From: a virus
Virus record (IMG/VR): IMGVR_UViG_3300005573_000073
Location: 1-64,000 of that record
Strand: one strand, 5' to 3'
DNA length: 64,000 bases
The position numbers were made by a program, and so were the translations under genes. Shown here in pieces: positions 57,705 to 64,000 of this stretch (position 1 is its first letter; each line of letters begins with the position of its first letter). The notes under the pieces are model-generated. The model saw only the letters and a program-made list of their open reading frames with translations. It searched no databases and was not told the DNA's origin.

Positions 57705-60230
57705 ATGACAAATAAAACTAAAAAGTCAAAACGTAAACCTAAAATCCAAGATGTTAATTTCACCGATTTTGAAAAGTGGCTTAACCAAGAAGTAGTTAGA
57801 ACTGGAAAAACAAAGGAGCAAATAATAGAAGAAACCTTTAAGGATGGATTTTTAGTATGGACTATAGGAGATATGGAAAATGTTGTTGGAAAAAAGATTC
57901 AAGAATCTGCTACAAGTGGCGGAACAATTATTCAGTCACCTCCTATGTTAACTGCTTGGGCTATGCCTAAAGAAGTTGAAGATCTAGATGTTTATCGCCG
58001 ATTGAGAAAAAATTTTGCACCAGTTAGCAGAGCAATAGATTATATTAAAGCTCAAATTTTAGGTAAGGCAATTAATGTTTCAGTAGCGGATGATGAAGAT
58101 AATCATCAACATGAAATGAAAGAAGAAATAGAAAGATTTTGTCGTTGGGTTTATCAGGATCGTTACACTGCAAGTTTATATACTATTTTAAGCATTATGG
58201 TTGATGAAGCGTTAACTGTAGGTGCAGCAGGTGCAGAAATTCGATATATGACTCCTATTAACTTTTGGGATTATGTTCAACAGCAAGGAACAAGTTCACT
58301 TCCAATCGTTAAATCAACTGTAGCAAGTAGAGAACATGTATATTTCAAAAGTAGAGAACCAGACTGGCAATCTTTAGGTGGAATTGTTCAGTTAAAGATT
58401 TTTAAGAATGCACAGGGAAGAATGAAGCTTTATCGTGATCCTGAAACTTGGGAAGCGAATTACTGGACTCTTGATGAAATTGTAAGTCAAGGCGATACTG
58501 CAATGGCTGTTCATCAGCTTACATTAAAAAAGGATACTGGTCAAGCAGTGAAGTTTCATCCATGGCAAATTTTCTGGTTAGCATTAAATAGACGAGAATT
58601 TGATGAGAGGGGGACAAGCGTTATAGAGCCTGTGCGTTATACTGTTTTGTTACTTGAAAAAATACTTGATGCTGTTGGTGAAGGTGCTTACCGTGCAGGA
58701 AACAAGAAATATTTTATAATCACAGGCACAGAAAAAAGACCATGGGGTAAAGTTCACATACGCAACGTTATGGAACAAATTGTCGAGATGGGAAGGAAGA
58801 ATTGGACTGCCGTTCCTGTTCCATATGGTTTTGATATTAAAGAAATTGGTGGTCAAGTTTTTGAAGCTAACAATATAATAACTCATTTGTTAAATATGGT
58901 TGCTCAAGGCATGCATGTTCCTGTTGAAATACTTGGAGTTCCTAGAAGACTTTCTCCTGAAGCTACAACAGAAGAATTTGCAATAAGCAGTCTTGAATTA
59001 GATAGGTTAAGTTACGAGTTAAAAATTGCTGTTGAAAATCAACTTTTCAGAACTCACTTGTGGTGTAAATTTGGAAAAATAAGACAGAAACAAGGTGGAA
59101 AAACAGAGCCGATATTTATTCCGTTCTTGAAAATCCCTGCAAAAGGATTAACAAGTGACACTGAACGTTTACGTCAAATTGTGCAATTGCTTAATGTTGC
59201 TAATCCTGTTACTCCAGAACTTAAACTTGAACTTGAACGTGAAATGACTCAAATATTAGGTTATGATAGTATAAAATTAAAAAGTCAAGAACAATTACGA
59301 AAAGATTTAGCTGAAATTGAAGAACAAATGAAAGAAAAGAAAGCAAAGAAAACTGAAGAGAAAGGTGAAGGGGATACAGAAAAGATTTCTCCGTTAGAGA
59401 AGAAACAAGGTGAACCGAAACCCCAATCAGTTGAAAGACAAGAAAAACGTTTAGAAGGAGGAGTTAATGTTCCTAAACGTGGTCAAGCACGTCCTATGGG
59501 AAGCACGAGAATTCCGAAAGAAAGTCAAGTGATGGTTGGTGAAACATGGAACAGGGAAAATGAAGATCAAGAACATAAGGCACAACGTGTAAAGTTTATT
59601 AGGGAATCAAAGAAAACTGGTGAAGTGTTGACGCATGAGCAGATTGATAAGATTTTCAGTATTCAGGAAGCAATTTATAATGCGTATGGTTATGGAGAAG
59701 AACGTGTTCCAGTAGATGACAGGATTGCACAAAGAAATGTTCCATCAACTGGTCAGGAAACTCAAACTCCAAAAGGAATTAAAACACTTGTAAATCCACT
59801 AAATAATAAGATAGTGATTGTAGTTAAAACTCCTTTAACAGGTGGAATTGCAGGATATAATAAAGATGGGACAAGAATATACTTTGATTCAGATGTTCCT
59901 GAATGGATGTATATTCCACTATTGGCTCATGAAACCTTTGAACAAGCATTAGTGGAAATTTTAGGATTTAGTTATGAATGGGCACATGTGCAAGCTACAA
60001 AATTAGAGAAAGAACTTTGTGAAAAAATGGGGACTTCATGGAAACAATATGATACAGAATATAAGCGGTTATTAGAATTGCAGAAGAAACGTAGTCCTCA
60101 ACCTAAAAATCCAGAAGATATGGCGATTCACGGTAAAGGAACTGGTGAACCATACACTACAGAAGAACATCCAGCAGGAAACAGTCACCCGTTTGGACGA
60201 TACGATCTAACGCAAGAAAACAGTCCCTAA
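57705..60230 (+). CDS. portal protein with long C-terminal extension
   Basis: VSRAIDYIKAQILG, GAAGAEI, RGTSVIEP, MHVPVEILG; core about 520 aa plus a charged linker and an extra domain. Confidence 0.75.
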   Translation: MTNKTKKSKRKPKIQDVNFTDFEKWLNQEVVRTGKTKEQIIEETFKDGFLVWTIGDMENVVGKKIQESATSGGTIIQSPPMLTAWAMPKEVEDLDVYRRLRKNFAPVSRAIDYIKAQILGKAINVSVADDEDNHQHEMKEEIERFCRWVYQDRYTASLYTILSIMVDEALTVGAAGAEIRYMTPINFWDYVQQQGTSSLPIVKSTVASREHVYFKSREPDWQSLGGIVQLKIFKNAQGRMKLYRDPETWEANYWTLDEIVSQGDTAMAVHQLTLKKDTGQAVKFHPWQIFWLALNRREFDERGTSVIEPVRYTVLLLEKILDAVGEGAYRAGNKKYFIITGTEKRPWGKVHIRNVMEQIVEMGRKNWTAVPVPYGFDIKEIGGQVFEANNIITHLLNMVAQGMHVPVEILGVPRRLSPEATTEEFAISSLELDRLSYELKIAVENQLFRTHLWCKFGKIRQKQGGKTEPIFIPFLKIPAKGLTSDTERLRQIVQLLNVANPVTPELKLELEREMTQILGYDSIKLKSQEQLRKDLAEIEEQMKEKKAKKTEEKGEGDTEKISPLEKKQGEPKPQSVERQEKRLEGGVNVPKRGQARPMGSTRIPKESQVMVGETWNRENEDQEHKAQRVKFIRESKKTGEVLTHEQIDKIFSIQEAIYNAYGYGEERVPVDDRIAQRNVPSTGQETQTPKGIKTLVNPLNNKIVIVVKTPLTGGIAGYNKDGTRIYFDSDVPEWMYIPLLAHETFEQALVEILGFSYEWAHVQATKLEKELCEKMGTSWKQYDTEYKRLLELQKKRSPQPKNPEDMAIHGKGTGEPYTTEEHPAGNSHPFGRYDLTQENSP

Positions 60231-60571
60231 TATTTTCTAACCCATCCACGTGGCGAATATTCAATTTCATTATGGCAATGTCTGCAATAAAAATGTTTTT
60301 CTCCAGTGAAGACATCACGTTCAAAAAATATCCAATATGGAGTTAACATTTCATCACACCATGGACAAATCTCCATAATAAACGGTGGAGGAACGTTACA
60401 TCCTTTTCCCTGTTTTTCAAAATCTTGATTATATCCGACTTGCGGTCCAGTTGCAGTTTCTCCACTTGAACCCTGTAAATCTTTATTTTCTTTATCGTCA
60501 GCATTCGGTAAATCTTTATTGTCTTTTTTTTCAGGCATTTTACGCCAAGCCTTCCCATGTTCGGAATCCAA
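60227..60571 (-). CDS. zinc-ribbon hypothetical protein
   Basis: CPWC...CRHC. Confidence 0.5.
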   Translation of the reverse strand: MDSEHGKAWRKMPEKKDNKDLPNADDKENKDLQGSSGETATGPQVGYNQDFEKQGKGCNVPPPFIMEICPWCDEMLTPYWIFFERDVFTGEKHFYCRHCHNEIEYSPRGWVRKY

Positions 60572-62723
60572 GCGATTCTAATGCTGCCATAGCTTCTGTT
60601 TCTAATCTTCGTCTAGTATTTTCCAATGTTTCACGATCAGGAACTTCAGCTAACGAATCACTTAATTGACTGAATGCTATTGCCATTTGACGTTTACCAA
60701 TAACCCAATCAAACAATAAAACACCAGCTAACTTACTTGAAGCTTCTTCTAACGCAGGCGGAATACTATCTAAAAACGGATCATAACTATACGTCACCGT
60801 TATTCTACCAGTGGGATACCATTCTGGCATGCAATTGCCAGTCCAGTTTGGTTTTCCATTGCGTCTAACGTAAATTATATGATAATTTGGAACAGTTACG
60901 CAGTAAACTTTGCCAATGTAGTCAATTATTTTTGGTTTGTTTTCTAATGTTGCATTCAGCATTCTATTTCTAACATTAACTTTATAACATAAAGCTTTTG
61001 GAATTATTTTTTTACCATTCTTTAAATATCGAGTTCTATTTTGTAATATTGATATAGATGCAACGTAACCCGCTTTCAAAAATAGTTCCTGTAAGTCATT
61101 TGCCATTCTCAATGAAGTGGTATAAATAGTTTTAATTGTTCCGTTTTTATTGAATGTTCCATCACCTTTAGCATATGTTTTCAAGAACTCATTTATCAGT
61201 TCTGGTGTTAATTCTTTAACGAAGTTCGGAACATATTTTTCGTAGCAATTTCCAAACTGTGCAAGATAGTTATTAAGTTCTTTTGAATAAATAGCAAAAG
61301 TGTGTTCTCCATTTTCCCTAGTGTAAACACATGGAGTAAATCCAATGTTTGAAATAACTGATTCTATCTCTTTTATTTTCTGTCCATCTGTTTGGAAAAT
61401 AGAAATTCTATTTTCTTTTTGTGAACAACCTTCCGATAAATACCATGCTAGAAATCTTAACCATTGTTTCATTTCTATTTTATTTTTTCCTAAATAGAAC
61501 CATTTTTCTTGTTTTCCTTTCCATTTTGCATCTGCTTTTAATTTAAAACGAGTTAATTGTATTGTTTCTGCTTCTTGAAGACGATATTTATTATAGTTTC
61601 TTCCATACGGGGCAATATACAAGTTATGATTTGGCGTTATCATCATGTCAGCATATCTACTTTGGAAAAGTAACATTTTTCCAGCATAATCCAATATTAT
61701 TATGTTTGATGGTTTTTGATATTCTATTGAATTATCTTTATTTAATGTTGCAATCTCATCATCGTATGTTAAATCCTTAAAGAATTTCCATCCTTCCCTA
61801 GTTAAAACTTCAGTTTGTTCATCCACACACCAAGCAATTTCTCCTGATGGGTATGTTGCGAAGAATCCATCGTTGAAGCTGAAGTTATCTATCCAGAAGT
61901 TGCATGGTCGGTCTGCAACAATTTGGAACCATTCTGTGTATATTAATATCCAGTTGAATGGTGCTTGTTCGCCTTCTCCTCCAACATTTACAAATTGGAA
62001 TCGTCTGATGCTTAATTGAACGGTTTCCCACGTGTCTTCGTTGCTAACTTTAAATGTGTTATGATAATAGCTACCTGTATCTCTAACTATTCTAAAATCG
62101 AATAGAGCATCTTTGTTATCTGTTTTAAACCAGAATCCAGCGTAGAACCATGGGTAAATTCGTTTATGCAAGTTTTTAGTTGATGGGTAATAAATGCTTC
62201 CACCTTGTGAACCTGTTATGGTGGCTTTTAAACTTGCTGTTCCACATTTAAAGTCGGATGTATCTTTAGCTATTGTTCCATTTTCAGTTCCCCATCCAGT
62301 AGTATCTTCTGTAAATTGATCCCAGTCTTTAGGGTATGGAATTTTTGTGCGGTAATTATTATAGTATATAGCGTAAACTTCAACAACTCTGTTTGTCGGA
62401 TTGTATGCACCGAAAAATTCGAATGGATCTTCTCTTTCTGGTCCTAACTGAACAACTGGATTATTGAAGAATTCATGTCCTTCTTTTCTCACGGTTACTG
62501 GAATTCCAAGCATTCTGCGAATTCGTTCATCGGCTCTACTTATATAATTTGAAATTAAACTTTCAACTTGATTATCCGTTAAGTTTCCAATTGATTTAAG
62601 AAAATCCACTGAAAACCCTGTTGCTTCAAGAACATCTGCTGACGATGAATAATGTTTTTTAACACGGTAATCTTCAAACTGTCGATTGTCCTGTGTTTCT
62701 AATGGTGGTTGTTTAAATGACAT
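60540..62723 (-). CDS. head-tail adaptor-like protein with a carbohydrate-binding-like insert and an intein
   Basis: YSSSADV..ISRADERI N-terminus and ITVTYSY..IPPALEEASSKLA C-terminus typical of adaptors. Confidence 0.65.
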   Translation of the reverse strand: MSFKQPPLETQDNRQFEDYRVKKHYSSSADVLEATGFSVDFLKSIGNLTDNQVESLISNYISRADERIRRMLGIPVTVRKEGHEFFNNPVVQLGPEREDPFEFFGAYNPTNRVVEVYAIYYNNYRTKIPYPKDWDQFTEDTTGWGTENGTIAKDTSDFKCGTASLKATITGSQGGSIYYPSTKNLHKRIYPWFYAGFWFKTDNKDALFDFRIVRDTGSYYHNTFKVSNEDTWETVQLSIRRFQFVNVGGEGEQAPFNWILIYTEWFQIVADRPCNFWIDNFSFNDGFFATYPSGEIAWCVDEQTEVLTREGWKFFKDLTYDDEIATLNKDNSIEYQKPSNIIILDYAGKMLLFQSRYADMMITPNHNLYIAPYGRNYNKYRLQEAETIQLTRFKLKADAKWKGKQEKWFYLGKNKIEMKQWLRFLAWYLSEGCSQKENRISIFQTDGQKIKEIESVISNIGFTPCVYTRENGEHTFAIYSKELNNYLAQFGNCYEKYVPNFVKELTPELINEFLKTYAKGDGTFNKNGTIKTIYTTSLRMANDLQELFLKAGYVASISILQNRTRYLKNGKKIIPKALCYKVNVRNRMLNATLENKPKIIDYIGKVYCVTVPNYHIIYVRRNGKPNWTGNCMPEWYPTGRITVTYSYDPFLDSIPPALEEASSKLAGVLLFDWVIGKRQMAIAFSQLSDSLAEVPDRETLENTRRRLETEAMAALESLGFRTWEGLA
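60834..61829 (-). mobile_element. intein (332 aa, LAGLIDADG)
   Basis: CVDEQTEVLTREGWK...ITPNH...WYLSEG...YAKGDG...WTGN/C. Confidence 0.9.
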
Positions 62724-62874
62724 ACATATTCACTTCTTTTAACGGTGCCTATTAACGCACCCTTTACATTTTTTATGGTTTAATTCGATATTTAAATGTT
62801 TTCCTATTTTATTACATTAAATAAATAACCAAAAAATTTAAATAGCTGGCTTGCATATTAAATAATTGATTAAA

Positions 62875-64000
62875 ATGCCAAGTGTGAAAATTTCAAATAG
62901 TGGTGGAACTTTGAGCTTTGATGCATTAAATTTCAATGAAAGATTAGTATGTGAACCTGCTATACGAGATATACCACTTGGCACTAGTGGACAATATATT
63001 GATGTTGATACATATCGTTTTTCCGAACCTATAACTATTAAAATTAAAGTTAGATTAACAGATAGCGAAAAAAAGACTCTTGAAAAGATTTTTAATGCAG
63101 ATAAAAGATGCACATTAACAGTAGCTTTAGATACAGGCGGATCAGCAGAATATAGCGGATGGTTACAAAGTATCCAAACAATTTATAGTTACCGAAAAGA
63201 ATCTGAAAATGTAACAGAATGGATATGGCTGATGGATTTAAATTTTGCAGCAGGTATCGGTGGTGAAGGTGAAGAAGGTATAAGTTATGTTCGTCATTTT
63301 TGTGAAGATTATTTAACTTTTACTCAAAGTCAATATCCCTATACTTTCGTGGCTGCATCTGTTACTTCATGCTTTTTAGATCATGTTCAAACAAGTAACT
63401 GGTTTGAAAGATATATATATAAAGATTATGGCGTTGATTATTTTGCTGATTTTATTCATACAGTTAAGTTTCATTGGGTTAACATAACTTCTGGAGAAAC
63501 AGATTATAGTAAATGTATTTTTTGGATGTTAAATAATGATGTTGGTGGTTGGACTCAATTAAAAACTGCTAATAAGACTGCTGTTGCATTAATGTTTAGT
63601 TATCCTTCAGGTAAATATCGAATAACTTTAATGGAAACTTATAATGGACAAGAATATAGTTCGCACATTAATAATCTTCCTTATTCAAATGCTACTTATT
63701 ATCCAGTTATTCAAAAAGAAGGTAACATTTTAAAAGTAAACGTTTATTCTAATGCAGCAAGATCAATTTTATTAGGTTCAACATCATTAACATTGCATGG
63801 TGATTGGCGTTTTAGATATTTAACAGCTTCTTCATCTTACACTGGCACTTCTACAATGACTGGAACTTTTACAATTTCAAAGTTAGATATAGATTATCAA
63901 GGAACAGAGTGTGAATGTTTTAACTCTGGAATAGTTTCATGTTATGATAACTCTCACACTGGACAAATCACATTGTTAGTGCCAAGAGGAACAGGTGTGT
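62875..64000 (+). CDS. virion structural protein (partial, runs off window)
   Basis: Open frame MPSVKISNSGG... behind the promoter at 62827-62844; shares a YKDYG-type domain with 32337-37004. Confidence 0.6.
   Translation, partial: MPSVKISNSGGTLSFDALNFNERLVCEPAIRDIPLGTSGQYIDVDTYRFSEPITIKIKVRLTDSEKKTLEKIFNADKRCTLTVALDTGGSAEYSGWLQSIQTIYSYRKESENVTEWIWLMDLNFAAGIGGEGEEGISYVRHFCEDYLTFTQSQYPYTFVAASVTSCFLDHVQTSNWFERYIYKDYGVDYFADFIHTVKFHWVNITSGETDYSKCIFWMLNNDVGGWTQLKTANKTAVALMFSYPSGKYRITLMETYNGQEYSSHINNLPYSNATYYPVIQKEGNILKVNVYSNAARSILLGSTSLTLHGDWRFRYLTASSSYTGTSTMTGTFTISKLDIDYQGTECECFNSGIVSCYDNSHTGQITLLVPRGTGV

Noticed and set aside
477-63113. Numerous short antisense or overlapping ORFs in the track (e.g. 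477-755, 2283-2636, 6739-7170, 27159-27467, 50585-50851, 62838-63113)
   Set aside because: They are shadows of longer motif-bearing genes on the opposite strand or in another frame.

Overview
This AT-rich window is part of the genome of a head-tailed archaeal virus (Caudoviricetes), probably infecting a TACK-group host such as Bathyarchaeia. That host call is inferred from a PolB1-type polymerase, MCM, RadA, membrane-anchored LonB and recurrent BRE-TATA promoters. The window encodes replication proteins (MCM, PolB, primase, RadA), a morphogenesis set scattered over both strands (terminase, portal, prohead protease, scaffold, HK97-type capsid, tail tube, frameshifting tail chaperone, short tape measure, repeat-rich fibres), a LicC/LicD/glycosyltransferase cluster, an RNA ligase and five inteins. 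The standout is an RNA-guided TIGR-Tas-like module at 1.5-5.2 kb. It consists of a nuclease-less Nop/IS110-like protein (TasA-like) and two separate stem-loop guide loci holding four units of the form CCA-N9-TGTGA-w-(A/C)C(A/G)-N9-TG. One guide matches the guide loci themselves, and a circularly permuted metallophosphoesterase lies directly upstream in the same predicted operon. Two further promoter-driven structured non-coding RNAs are predicted at about 21978-22040 and 45762-46043. All protein calls come from motif recognition by eye, not database searches.
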